Positions 1-12,214 of a DNA stretch of 64,000 nt are shown here, one piece after another. The stretch's first letter is position 1; every line of letters starts with the position of its first letter. The stretch is from Selaginella moellendorffii (lineage: Eukaryota; Plantae; Lycopodiophyta). The stretch spans positions 1,038,063 through 1,102,062 of the forward strand of contig NW_003314299.1 of NCBI RefSeq assembly GCF_000143415.4, given 5' to 3'. The notes beneath the pieces were generated by a model. It was not told the DNA's origin, did no database searches, and saw only the letters and a list, made by a program, of their open reading frames with translations. The position numbers were made by a program, and so were the translations under genes.

Positions 1-1512
1 TTTCGTCCTAGATTTTTTTGGGCAATACTAAAATAATAATCTATAACCATAAGGAGGAGTTGCTAATTGTTAGATCCAGCCAATGGCATGGGTAACTATC
101 AAAGGGTTATTTGTTAACTATGTCTTACTGAATAATACTATAGAGGGAGGTTGCTGATTGTCTAGGCGAGATAAGAAGTTGTTATAGCACATGTCATAGG
201 CATGTGTTAACTGGGATTGACACTCAACTTTTTAAACTGTCAATCCAGCCAATGAAGGTCATTTTTTTAACCATGTTTTAGCTAATTTCTATCCTAAAAG
301 AAAAATTGCACTTACTTGGGCAAGATGGGGATTCTAGGGCATTTTCTATGGGTGTGCAATGGCATCATAAGTGAAGGAGTATATTAATATTTATGCTCAG
401 GAAAATTAGTGATGTCAAGTTAATCAAGTCAATGGTATCTCCTAGTTCCCCATAATGCTCAAACTCATTGACTTTAAAAGATTGGTTTCAAGCTAAATTT
501 TAAGTATTTTCAAAGATTGGAAAATGAGTCTTAGCAATGTGTGTTTTGTTAGAGTTCACTGGCTCAAAATCATCATCTAATCAAAAGCAATTACCCATGC
601 TCTAGGATGGGCACTTATGATGTGTTACATTGCAGTAGATAAGAGACTAGAGGAAGCTCAAAGAAAAGAAAGGATTGATGGCATAGCAATTTTGATGGTG
701 ATGTTTTGGTATATTGATTAGTTTAAATATTATTATTGTGATTAAAATTATCACTTTAACTTTAGCACTATCAAAAATTTCTTGATTTTCTATAAATGGA
801 TATTGGTATTCTCTTGACCATTTAAGAAAATTGAAAACCAATTACTTTATTTTTACCTTTTCTAAGATGTATAATCTTAAAAAAAGAAGTCTTTGTGTTA
901 GTGGTGGAAGGCTTTGCCAACCACCCAATATTTACTAGGAAATTGCTAATATTTATATAGGTAAAATTTAAGAATAAGAATCTATGCCTTTTGCAACTAT
1001 CAGATTGCAAGTCCAAGCCAGCCTTAGTTTCTATAGTACCTAGGAAAATTAGGATGATGTTTGTCTACCAATGGAATTCTAGCACATCTTTGTTTGTTAT
1101 TGGATAGAGCAAGGGAAGGCACAAATATGATGAGACCATAAGGGACAATTGGCACTAAACTAAAGAAGTCTCCAACACAAAAACTTTGAGCATGAGAAAG
1201 ACCACAAAAAGATATTGAGATTCCCAAACATAAAAAATCGTGCCAATTGTGTCTTTGGCCAATATAATTCACAGCCAATTGCCCTTGAGCTGCCCTATGA
1301 GAGCATGACAGCTGTTGCTCACCCAGCTCATCGCCCAAGATACATGTTGCACTTTGTTCTTCTCTGGCAAAATGGTCTGCAAAGATTTGATTGGTTCATT
1401 GCATAGAAAATCTCTAAAAGAAAACAAATAATATATAAAGAGTAAAATAAGGTTACAAATAAATAAATTACCAACACCAATTCTCAAACCCCATATGAAC
1501 CAGTGATCATTC

Positions 1513-2928
1513 CTACGATCCCAGAGTAGTATACTTGCAGAAGAATTCATGGTTTACAAGCTTCTTCATATGGATTGCAGGTAGCGAGATGAGCAGCCGC
1601 CGGTGCCTTCCTCCTCTTGGGCTGGGGAGAATCACCGTCACACCGTTCCCATACCACGGCGGCTGCATTACCAGAGAGTAGTGTACAGTCTTTCCCCATC
1701 CAAAATCAACGCTGTACACAGGGAAACTGTGCAAGCTCGTGCTGTAGATCCCAGTCCCCGACACAAAATCACCATTTAGATTGATCTTCCTTCCTCTGCC
1801 CAGCTCCATCTCCATCCAATCGATGGCGGATTGCATGTGTTCTTGAGTGGTGCTTAGGATATCCTCGTGGAAGAGCCTCGCAGCGTAGGAGAGATGGCGG
1901 GATTTGATGTCCCCGGCCTTGGCAGTGAGGCATGGCGAGTGGATGCTGTTGCCAATGTACGAGGCTGGGACTGGGGGGTTCCAGCGGTTCTTGCCCTTGA
2001 GAGAGATCGCATAGACGTAGCTTGTGATGATCGAGTCTTGGAGATCTCTGGCCTCGGTGATGGCTTTCCAGATCATGGCGCTCGTTGCCTCGAACGAGGT
2101 TGGAGGGCGGCCATAGCTGTACGGACCACTGTGAACGTCACGGATAAGATCGTCGACTTGGTCAGGATCCATCTCAAACATCTTCACTGCGTACTCGGAT
2201 GTTACGTCGGTTGCTTTGGCCGAATGAGTGTTATAGATCGGAGAGGAGTAGTAGTCGCGGACTGGCAGAATGATCGCTGGGGGCTGCCTGGCCTGGAAAA
2301 TGTTAGAGGCAAAAACCGGAGGCCTCAAAAGCGGCAGGCCTCGGTGGATTTCGGACCAAGCATTCACAAACGCAAAGTTTGAGGATCCATCCAGCACCAG
2401 TTCGGCCACTAAGATCCCCAATGCAATCCCACCACACTTGAACTTCGTCACCTAGATTCAGGAATTCCATGAATATTTAGGAATTAACTGCGATATCAAG
2501 AAACCTGCCTGAACTTTGAAGATCGGAGCAGTGTCTGGATCCGTGATGGCCACTTCCGAAGGATTGAGAAGCTGCTCGATGGAGCAAAACGCCATATTTT
2601 TCCAATCGCTGAAGCTGGCGTCGGGGGCACTCGCCTCCACAAACGAGACGCCAGCGTCGTTGCAATCCACCTCCAGCTTGTGACCATCTTCCGCCCTGCG
2701 CACCCGCCCTGCCAAGACATAAAATGGGACAAGCACTCTGGACAGCGAAGCTCTCAAGCTCTCGACAAGATCATCCCTGCTAGATGGCGGGAAATAATAG
2801 ACTTGCTTGGTGTAATTCTCAAAGGAGATGTGGAAGTCGAGATTGGAGAGCTTGTGAATCCGGGGCTGTGGAGTCGGAGTTTCGGGCTTGACAGTCCAAG
2901 ACCCCAACACCGTCACAACACTAGCCAT
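1513..2928 (-). CDS. BAHD-family acyltransferase-like protein, copy 1 (exons 2928-2509, 2451-1513; ~452 aa)
   Basis: BAHD N-terminus (KLSNLD, LSRVLVPFYVLAGR, CNDAGVSFVEA), YIGN and DFGWG motifs. Intron 2508-2452 (GC..AG, 57 nt) at the conserved Q|V position joins FKVQ|VTKFKCGG in frame. HxxxD site reads ELVLD. Confidence 0.93.
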
Positions 2929-3688
2929 GGTTGATCATAGGAACATACACAAACGTAATATATATATATAGCAAAGTTTGTACAGTTATAAAATCTTAAA
3001 GGTAAAGGTATTTATATTTATTGTTTTATCTTGAATTTAGTTTTGCATTTTTATTAGTTATAATAATCATTTAAATAATGGGTTTAAAGTAAAAAATGAT
3101 ACGGGTTTGAAGTCATAGAGCTAAAGAGCCAATCCAGCTTTTCCTACAGGCATTCTTCCAGAACAAAGAAGAGCATTCTCTTTCGTAGTCCAAGGCCCAC
3201 GCGAAAGAAACCAATGGCCTAATGAAGAGGTTAAGGGCAAGCCCGTACTGAACTAGTACAATCTGGAGGACTCTTTTGTCCGATGTAAGTAGTATACAGG
3301 TTTCTTCAGAACTGTACAGACCACGTTAGCCACGTGCGTTTATCAATAAGATTGTTACCAAGAATTAAACTCGATCGGACAGTTGCCAATGGTGCGATGA
3401 CCAGCGAATATAAAGTTTAAACAATAGAAATTAGATGCGAACTCACAAAGCTATGGGTTCCACATCGAGAGCTGTAGCGAGCTGTAGCTCTGGAAAAGCA
3501 TCACATGAAAGAACCATCACCTCTAATAACTCCTCTCAGAATCGTACTCGCCTGCCACCAGGGCAGATTACTTACAACTTGCAATATCGTACTCGTCCTC
3601 CCTGCCTGCAAGTGGGCAGCCAGTTGAGATTATTCTGCCCTTGTGAAAAGTGTGCACATCCTGTGCCGTGGGGAGGATCAAATACAAT

Positions 3689-3761
3689 TCCGTTTCCGGG
3701 ATTTGAACCAGGGTCGCCTGGATGAAAGCCAGGCATCCTGACCCGAATAGACGACGACGGA
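3689..3761 (-). tRNA. trnE: tRNA-Glu(TTC)-like gene, probably degenerate
   Basis: Reverse complement TCCGTCGTCGTCTATTCGGGTCAGGATGCCTGGCTTTCATCCAGGCGACCCTGGTTCAAATCCCGGAAACGGA. Perfect anticodon stem CCTGG/CCAGG with TTC and a GGTTCAAATCC B box, but two acceptor-stem mismatches and one T-stem mismatch. Confidence 0.75.
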
Positions 3762-3807
3762 TTAGAGACCTCAGCTAAAATAACAGTAGTTTTATTATCA
3801 GATTGCT

Positions 3808-5305
3808 TCACCAGAAGACGTAAGATTGATCGAAGTGTCCCTTCCTACAAGCACAGTACAAAGAGGCTCTGAGCGATTTTAGATTTTGATGGGAGTAAGT
3901 ACCCGTCTCGGCCGGAATAGATTGGCGAATAGTTGTAGATCAATAGCTGCTCTTCTTCTTCCCAAGAAGCTGTGTGGCTTGACTTCAGAGCCTCGCTACT
4001 CAGACAAACAGTCGACAGTTTATCCTGTCTAATGAGAAGGTGAAGAGAATTACCTGACGAAGAAGCTCGCGGCGCTCTGTGTAATTCGAACGGCATCCGG
4101 AGAGTGAGGTATTCCTTCATATCCCCATTCGAAAGCATTCTTCTGCAAAATCGAGAGAATATCTAAACAAAGAGGTGAAAAACGAGAAAAGCTCTACCTC
4201 GGGATGCCATTGCACACTAGTTACTGGATACTTGCGCCCTTCAATCGTCGAAATATATATCTGAAAATCCAAAGGAACTGATGGCTCAAGAGATTTGGCA
4301 CCGAGAATTACCTTTCCATTCAGGTCAGGAGTTGTAGTTAGCACGTCGAAGAAATCTCTAAGGCGCTGTGTGTCTCTCCAAGCCTGTGGAGATAGACCTT
4401 TCTGCAATCCAAGCCAAAGAAATGAGAAGAAGAAAACACAAAGTAAGTGCTGAGAACCTTACAATGTGATTCTGCATTGCAAGCTTCTCGTGCTCCACCT
4501 TGTCCAGAATGTCCTTAGGAAACCTGGACAAAGAACACTTCACAAGCACATACAAAGAACTGACTCGTTACCACGTAAACATGCTGCGCCCTTTGGCCCA
4601 GTCGCCCACGAAGTTTAGCTCTCCAGCAGCTTTGTGTGCGTTGTAATCGTCCAGGATGGAATGGTTGCCACTGACGATCACGGCTAGAAGTTCCAGACCC
4701 AAGCACGTCCCAAACACGGGAAAATAATCTCCCTTATCATTTGCTTCCAGTGCCCTCTACAAGATCAAACTAAACAATCAAAGACTCTAGTTGCAAAGTC
4801 ACTATCATGAATACTCCTGGAAAAAACAATGGACGAAGAACGAACAAGACGCATTCCAAAGCTAAAGCAAGAGGGAAGAACACAAACCTTGAAGAGAAAC
4901 TCGCCGGCGCGGTAGTAAGGACCATCTTGCAAGCTTGCGCTCCCACCAGCGAACAAAATGCCATTGATCAGCGAGAATTTCTGTGCAAACAAATAAGGGC
5001 AAAGAAATTTAGCTGGAAGTTACCTTCGCTAGCGTCTCCCAAGGCTCGTTGTAAAGCAAAGGAACGGCGCGAGCACCCCCGGCCTCGACGAATTTCACAT
5101 ACGAGGCAGCGATGTAAGATATGTTGGAGCGCCTGGGATCGCCGGGCTCCAGCCTGTTGATGTAGCTCCTGCCATCGCCATCGCCAGGCTGAGTGAGAAT
5201 CCCTATCAGCGGCCGCTTCTCTCGGGATTCTTCGGGTAGCTGGATGATCCTAGCGGCGGCGATCGCAGCGAGCGCGAGGAAGATCGCTACAATGGCTCCT
5301 GCCAT
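3808..5305 (-). CDS. GGH: Gamma-glutamyl hydrolase (peptidase C26), 9 exons: 5305-5024, 4980-4888, 4756-4572, 4523-4463, 4401-4312, 4260-4198, 4142-4054, 3995-3903, 3844-3808; ~330 aa
   Basis: Signal peptide; RPLIGILTQPGDG, YIAASYVKFVEAGGAR, catalytic Cys in FPVFGTCLG, catalytic His in VQWHPEKNAFEW, LIYNY. All introns GT-AG with frame conserved. Confidence 0.93.
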
Positions 5306-5353
5306 GGCGACCCTAGCGTAAGAGCCCTAATTCGCGGGAAATTCTCGTCCGCG

Positions 5354-5740
5354 TCAATTGCTAGAGCAGCGGACACACACAAGAAACAAGCAAAGATCGA
5401 GCGCCGCCAAGAGCCAGAAGAAGTAGTTCATATGGTGATCGATCCAGCTCCCGCGTCCGCCACCCTTGCTCGTGATCTTCTCCACCGCAAGAACAAGAAC
5501 ACTACTCTCTAAATCCTTTTCCACCCCCGCCACAACCATGGCCCTTTGCAAGCAGGTCAATTCGCTCTGTTGACCGGTCAACATGCGAAGAACTGGGACG
5601 AGAAAGCCTCTCGTCAAGCGGCACTGTGAGAATGACGGGGCGAGCGATGCCGGGAGCACTTTGAAGCCGGAGATGCGGTTGCGCATTTCTTGCCCCTACT
5701 GCACGAACAGCGTGGATGAAAACGGTGGAGAAGCATTCTG
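5354..5740 (-). pseudogene. Deleted fragment of the NPF transporter 3' exon
   Basis: Near-identical to parts of 9190-9800 (MRNRISGFKV, VLVLAVEK.TSKGGGRGSWIDHHM) with internal deletions and no 5' exons. Confidence 0.85.
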
Positions 5741-6945
5741 CTGCGAGCGGCGCTGCTAAGATCGCACTGGCGGCGGCATTGTTCTGCAAGCAGCAGTGCT
5801 AGATCGCAGCAGCAGTGGCCGCGATCGCAGCTCGAGGAGATCTAGCCGGTAAGAGACTGATATTGCTGGCGTGACTCGATGCAGTGGAATGAAGCCTAGG
5901 GTGTCTGCTGTCCCATGGAAGACACCCCAGCATCCATTGCCCCTGAGATCCTCTTCTCACAACACTCAAACTTGCACACGAGTCTAGCTGCCTGAAGTAG
6001 AACTTCGGATAATCCAAAGTTTCTGGGAAAGGTGTTTATAGTAGTCACTTCAGTCTAGATTTAAAAAACTTCCGGACCTTCTAGCAGAGCAGAGCCACTG
6101 CCTCACAGATAAATCCGAGGTACAACTTGTAACCATGGTATGTGCTACTTCTCTGCCCCCCTTTTCATTTGTGATGTTGTTAATCCCCCTACAACAACCT
6201 TTACGTAGACCAAATAGCAATGTACGTGACCTATCAAGTAAGACCGGCTTCTCAAGCCAGCTCTTGAATGTATGTTTTTCTGCTTGTTTAAACAAAATGC
6301 AACCTGCATGTGCACTTGCAAAAATGAAACAATCAAAGCATAGCTTTTTATAAATGTTCTTGCTTGTGTATGAGTAGAGGTCAGACAATCCAAGAGCCAT
6401 AATTCTTTGGCTCGCCAACATGGCGCAAGAGAAACCCTGGTGATTCTCCAGCGATATCCTTGTGATTAGAGCTGCCAATGCAGCTGTATGTCACTGCATG
6501 TAAGAATGCCCACTTGAGGCTGGCCAAAACGCTGGGAAAGAAGAAATGTAAATCAAAGAGCTCCTTGCGTGTAATCTTGTCTCACAAGCCACGATTCAAT
6601 GGATATGAAGTGCAGCCACGTGTTGCAAGTTGGTTTCCCCCATAGCACCAATGAGCTTCTTCCATTCCAGCCAGTGTGCCCACTTTTAATTGGCCATCCA
6701 TACATCAACCATAGGAGCACCAAATTCTTCCATATAATCTTTTATAGAGATTTGCTATACATTTGGTCCAGATGCAATGAACCAAGCTGGTAGGCATTAA
6801 GTAAAACACAATGTCCTCGAGGTATGTATCGGAAATATAAACTTTTACATTTTTAAGGATTAAATCCTTGTATTTAAAATAAAATTATTCTATTAAAAAT
6901 CCTTCGTTCAAGAAAAAAATTACCAACACCAATATGAACCAGTAA

Positions 6946-8359
6946 TCATTCCAGAGTAGTATACTTGCGGAAGAATTCATGGTTCACGAGCTTCTTCATA
7001 TGGATTGCAGGCAGCGAGATGAGCAGCCGCCGGTGCCTTCCTCCTCTTGGGCTGGGGAGAATCACCGTCACACCGTTCCCATACCACGGCGGCTGCATTA
7101 CCAGAGAGTAGTGTACAGTCTTTCCCCATCCAAAATCAACGCTGTACACAGGGAAACTGTGCAAGCTCGTGCTGTAGATCCCAGTCCCCGACACAAAATC
7201 ACCATTTAGATTGATCTTCCTTCCTCTGCCCAGCTCCATCTCCATCCAATCGATGGCAGATTGCATGTGTTCTTGAGTGGTGCTTAGGATATCCTCGTGG
7301 AAGAGCCTCGCAGCGTAGGAGAGATGGCGGGATTTGATGTCCCCGGCCTTGGCAGTGAGGCATGGCGAGTGGATGCTGTTGCCAATGTACGAGGCTGGGA
7401 CTGGGGGGTTCCAGCGGTTCTTGCCCTTGAGAGAGATCGCATAGACGTAGCTTGTGATGATCGAGTCTTGGAGATCTCTGGCCTCGGTGATGGCTTTCCA
7501 GATCATGGCGCTCGTTGCCTCGAACGAGGTTGGAGGGCGGCCATAGCTGTACGGACCACTGTGAACGTCTCGGATAAGATCGTCGACTTGGTCAGGATCC
7601 ATCTCAAAAATCTTCACTACGTACTCGCACGTTACGTCGGTTGCTTTGGCCGAGTGAGTGTTATAGATCGGAGAGGAGTAGTAGTCGCGGACTGGCAGAA
7701 TGATCGCTGGGGGCTGCCTGGCCTGGAAAATGTTAGAGGCAAAAACCGGAGGCCTCGAAAGCGGCAGGCCTCGGTGGATTTCGGACCAAGCATTCACAAA
7801 CGCAAAGAATGAGGATCCATCCAGCACCACTTCGGCCGTTAAGATCCCTAATGCGATCCCACCACACTTGAACTTCGTCACCTAGATTCAGGAATTCCAT
7901 GAAATATTGAAGAATTAACTGCGATATCAAGAAACCTGCCTGAACTTTGAAGATCGGAGCAGTGTCTGGATCCGTAATGGCCACTTCCGAAGGATTGAGA
8001 TGCTGCTCGATGGAGCAAAACGCCATGTTTTTCCAATCGCTGAAGCTGGCATCGGGGGCACTCGCCTCCACAAACGAGACGCCAGCGTCGTTGCAATCCA
8101 CCTCCAGCTTGTGACCATCTTCCCCCCTGCGCACTCGTCCTGCCAAGACATAAAACGGGACAAGCACTCTGGACAGCGAAGCTCTCAAGCTCTCGACAAG
8201 ATCATCCCTGCTAGATGGCGGGAAATAGTAGACTTGCTTGGTGTAATTCTCAAAGGAGATGTGGAAGTCGAGATTGGAGAGCTTGTGAATCCGGGGTTGT
8301 GGAGTCGGAGTTTCGGGCTTGACAGTCCAAGACCCCAACACGGTCACAACACTGGCCAT
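6946..8359 (-). CDS. BAHD-family acyltransferase-like protein, copy 2 (exons 8359-7940, 7881-6946; ~451 aa)
   Basis: Near-identical to copy 1; intron 7939-7882 (GC..AG, 58 nt); DFGWG present; HxxxD site reads EVVLD. Confidence 0.93.
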
Positions 8360-8727
8360 TGTTGACGAGAGAACATACGTACAACCTAAAATATATATAA
8401 CACCAAATCTTTCGTGGGTTCCAGGAAATGCAAAGCCTTGAAAAAATGCGTGCGAACAATGCGTGGCGACGCACGTGGTCCATAGCCACCAACACAGATC
8501 ACGACAAGGACAAAGTCAGCTTTTTTGAAAAGTTGTGTACACTGTGTACACGTTTTGCGCGTTCACTGTGCCTCCTAGCAGCTGCGGTCTGCCCCTCCCT
8601 GCCGTGTCTAAGTCGACATCTCCCCTCTGGTTCAATAGTATCGTATTTGATCATGAAATGTTTTCAGTGGAGAAACAGGACGTCGACGGATGCATGATCT
8701 ATTGTGGCGCAGTCGGGTAGTCTGGGT

Positions 8728-8892
8728 TAGACGACAACGGATTCTTCCCAAGTGGCTTGTAATTCGAATGGCATCCGGAGAGTGGGGTATTCCTTCGTTT
8801 CGAATGCATTCTTCTGCAAAATCGAGAGAATATAAAAACAAAGAGATGAAAAGCGAGAAAAGCTTTTGTCATTGCACACCAGTTATTGGATA
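8728..8892 (-). pseudogene. Remnants of tRNA-Glu 5' end (8728-8741) and GGH exons 6-7
   Basis: tagacgacaacgga is the reverse complement of TCCGTTGTCGTCTA. 8750-8892 matches 4075-4230 (EGIPHSPDAIRIT, the intron and part of exon 6). Confidence 0.8.
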
Positions 8893-9120
8893 AAGCACAT
8901 CAAACTGAGGTTCCAACTCATCGACAAAGGCAAAATTCTTCTGGAATTTGTCCTACCAACACGATGCTGGTGGACGTCCTGACCAAGGCTCTACCTCGTG
9001 TAAAGCATCAAGTCTTCCTAAAGACACTCAAGCTAGGTGATGGAAACCTTGAGGAGGAGTGTGGGAAGCACAAGGTCCACGTCACTAACCACATCACATA
9101 TCCTGAGACGGCCGATGATC
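8889..9120 (+). mobile_element. Ty1/copia 3' fragment (RNase H end, PPT, start of LTR)
   Basis: Frameshifted IKHIKLRF...MLVDVLTKALPRVKHQVF, matching the copia KHID..ADILTKAL tail, followed by TTGAGGAGGAG|TGT. Confidence 0.7.
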
Positions 9121-9163
9121 CCGGCAATTTCCCGTGAATTAGGGCTCTTATGCTATGGTTTTT

Positions 9164-10874
9164 TCATTTCGCCATAGCCCGGAATCTGTAGCAGCGGACA
9201 CACACAAGAAACAAGCCAAGATCAATGGCGACGAGTGCCGCCAAGAGCCAGAAGAAGTAGTCCATATGGTGATCGATCCAGCTCCCGCGTCCGCCACCCT
9301 TGCTCGTGACCTTCTCCACCGCAAGAACAAGAACACTACTGAGATAACTCCCTAGAGCATTTGTAGCGAGCGACAGCGCACCGATCAAACTCCGCATTGC
9401 CTCGGGGGACTCCTCGTTGAAGAACTCGGTCCTCCCGGCAAACGCGAACACTCCAGCGGCGCCCACTAGAAAATACTGTGTCACCTGCCAGAGTATACTC
9501 ACCTGGTGAACCATTGCGTGCGTTTCCACCACCCCCGCCACAACCATGGCCACCATCGCCAGTAAAAGCCCCAGGCCCATCCTTTGCAAGCCGGTCAACC
9601 CACTCTGTTGACCGGCCAACCTGCGAAGAACCGGGACGAGAAGCCTCTCGTAGAGCGGCACTGTGAGAATGACGGCGATGGTGTCAACTGCTGCGAGCGA
9701 TGCCGGGGGCACTTTGAAGCCGGATATGCGGTTGCGCATTTCTTGCCCCTGCTGCACGAACAGCGTCGAGGTCTGGATGAAAACGGTGGAGAAGATGATG
9801 CTCGTCGCCCACACTGGCATCAAGCGGAGGATGATCTTCACCTCCTCGATCTGCGTTACCGTGCATAACCTCCATCCCGTCGGTGGTGAGTTCTCAAACG
9901 CTGTTTGCTCATCGCGAGCGATGGCTGCCGCCTTGTCGAGAAATCCGAATCCAGCAGTGTGCTGAATCTGCTTACTTCCTGGAATGCTGGAACTCTCCCC
10001 TTGTAGCTCATAGAGGGTTGCATTTGCATGCTCGACTTCTATCCTTGTACTTCTGTTTCTGGCAGTTGCAACGAAAACTTGTGCCACCCTGGTTAGCGGG
10101 CTCCCACCCGGTTGCTTGTGCTTGTACCGCGGCCAGCCCATGAGAAAGATCATGGCGGACGCCGTGACCGCCACTGTGGGGATGGCGAACCCGAGCGGCC
10201 AGCTTACTTCCTGCTGGACATATACCAGAGCTGTTCCCGCAATCAGACCTCCGATGTTGGTGAAGAAGTAGCTCCAGTTGAAGAAGCTGGCCTTGTTGCT
10301 TGCTGGATCATCAGACTCTTCCAGTTGAAAAGCACCGAATGATGAAATGCAAGACCTTGGTCCACCGGATCCCACGGCTATGACGTATAACGCTGTGTAA
10401 AGCAAGGCCGGGTTTACTGTTTTGCTGCAAGTATGTGATCCAGTGCTATGGCATGTAGGGTGTAGCAAAGTTGACAAGGTTAGCAAGATCATACCCTGTG
10501 AGTGTAAGGTTGGGCAAAGGTGAGTCTAGAGTGTCTGTGTTTCTTACCGGCAAGTAGATACCGAAAAAGGCGTTGATCGTCCGAAACTCGCCGAGGTAAG
10601 AGTCTGCAAGGAATCCACCCAGTAGAGGGGTAAGATTACAGGTTCCCATCCAGTTTGAGACTGCGTTTGCCGCACTGGCTCTGGATACGTGAAGCTTGCT
10701 AGACATGTAAATCACCATGTTTGTTACAATGGCGTAGTATGCGAGCCGTTCCATGGAGAGAGAAACTAGAAACGCAGAGAAATTAAGAAAGCCATTCAAT
10801 CCTTATGGGAAACAAAGCGTACCAAGGATGAATTTGCAAGCCCACCATCCAGCAGTTCCATGGTGGATGATCAT
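9164..10874 (-). CDS. NRT1/PTR family (NPF/POT) transporter (exons 10874-10823, 10765-10548, 10495-9164; ~533 aa)
   Basis: GWWACKFIL, ERLAYY, TPLLGGFLADSYLG, SFFNWSYF, PGGSPLTRVAQV, FLDKAA, WRLCTVTQIEEVK, LQRMGLG, EFFNEESPEAMRS, DYFFWLLA; GT-AG introns in frame. Exon 1 is inferred. Confidence 0.9.
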
Positions 10875-11702
10875 TTAGGATAAACAAAGCTATCGTAAGA
10901 ACCCTAAGAACATAAAATCTTCTGCTCAGCTATTCTAAGTCTAGTCCGGTGGTTTTCGGATTCAACGAAGTAGCAAAATTCAATTTTGCGCAATAGATTG
11001 TCCTCTTAGAGGCTTGAACCACAGGACTGCCGCCTCGTCTTCCTTCCTGAAGAGCCTAACACCGTGGAAGCCAACGTTCAGAAATTTTGAACTTGAGATG
11101 AAGAATTACTCGTCGCGCCCACGCCTTTGCAGTCTCCTTTGCAGTCTCCTTGTTAATCCTTGCCAGTGGAGGACTCCACCAAAGCTCCGCCTGGCGATCC
11201 ATGCAAGACGGAGCTTCTGGCGTGCTTGTTGATCTCCCGAGTGGTGACAATGGGTCAAGTACGTTGGCAATGGCAAGTGGCTCACAACCTCAATGTTTGG
11301 GTGCTTGGATCTAAAGACACTCTCCTGGGTGGTACAACTCTTGTCTGTGATCTTTGCGAGCCTTGCAAATGCCCCAAGAAGGCATCTTAGAATCTTTGGA
11401 CATTCTACATTGCTCAAGCTGGATTGGATCGTTTAGCACTGCCTTCAAATCTTTCATAGCTCTTTGAGGGCTCTGACAAATGTTGGTGTAACAAACATGA
11501 TAAGATCTTATGTATGGGCCTAAGCTGTGGGGAAATTTCATCTTGGTTTGTGCTCCAATAAAATAATTAAAAAAATTATTAACTTGCTTGGTGTGGAAAG
11601 CTTGTGAATCCATTTAGGGCTTTTAGGCATGTGACTAATGCTTCATTGAGTTATACATGTTTGTTGATGAAATACATGTTTGTTGATCCTTAGATCCTTA
11701 GT

Positions 11703-12214
11703 TGTAACACATGTTATCCCTATTAAAAAAGGTAATTGATTGATGAGAAAACCTTTAATAAATATTTTAACCCTATTTATTTTCTAAGGTTATAAAGATC
11801 TATGGTGATAATATATTTAAATCTTTATTTTATGATCATATGCACTATTTTCTTCCTAAAGGTTATTAGTGAATAATCAATGAGGATATTGACATTTATT
11901 GAGCCAATGAAAACTGATTTTCGCATTGAATCTACTAGTTATTTCAGCTCTACAAAACAAAGGATGTAATCATGGATGTTCAATATATATAATTTCAATT
12001 TTAAGGGTAAAGATATACTTTATTTAAGGATAATGATCAATTGCTCCAATATTATATATTGCCCTATCTCTTTCACTTTAAGCCAATAAAAAAATGGGCA
12101 ATTTTTTAACAAGAGGGTCTTTAATATTTATTTTATCCTTATTTATCCCCCAAAGTTTTAAAAATCCACAGTGATAGTATATTTAAATTTCATCCCATGA
12201 TCACATATGCTACA
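11703..12214 (-). mobile_element. Degenerate TRIM-like element (same LTR family as 35894-36815)
   Basis: Two decayed ~150 bp direct repeats, the second ending CCCATGATCACATATGCTACA and similar to the LTRs at 35894 and 36654. Confidence 0.5.

Noticed and set aside
1-1400. AT-rich sequence with short ORFs
   Set aside because: Probably decayed TE; no termini or domains could be supported.
1867-2382. Long antisense ORFs over BAHD, PPR, NPF and gag-pol genes
   Set aside because: Shadow frames of GC-rich coding sequence with no independent motifs.
5740-6800. Coding-like sequence between the duplicated units
   Set aside because: Multiple stops and no identifiable motif; left unannotated.
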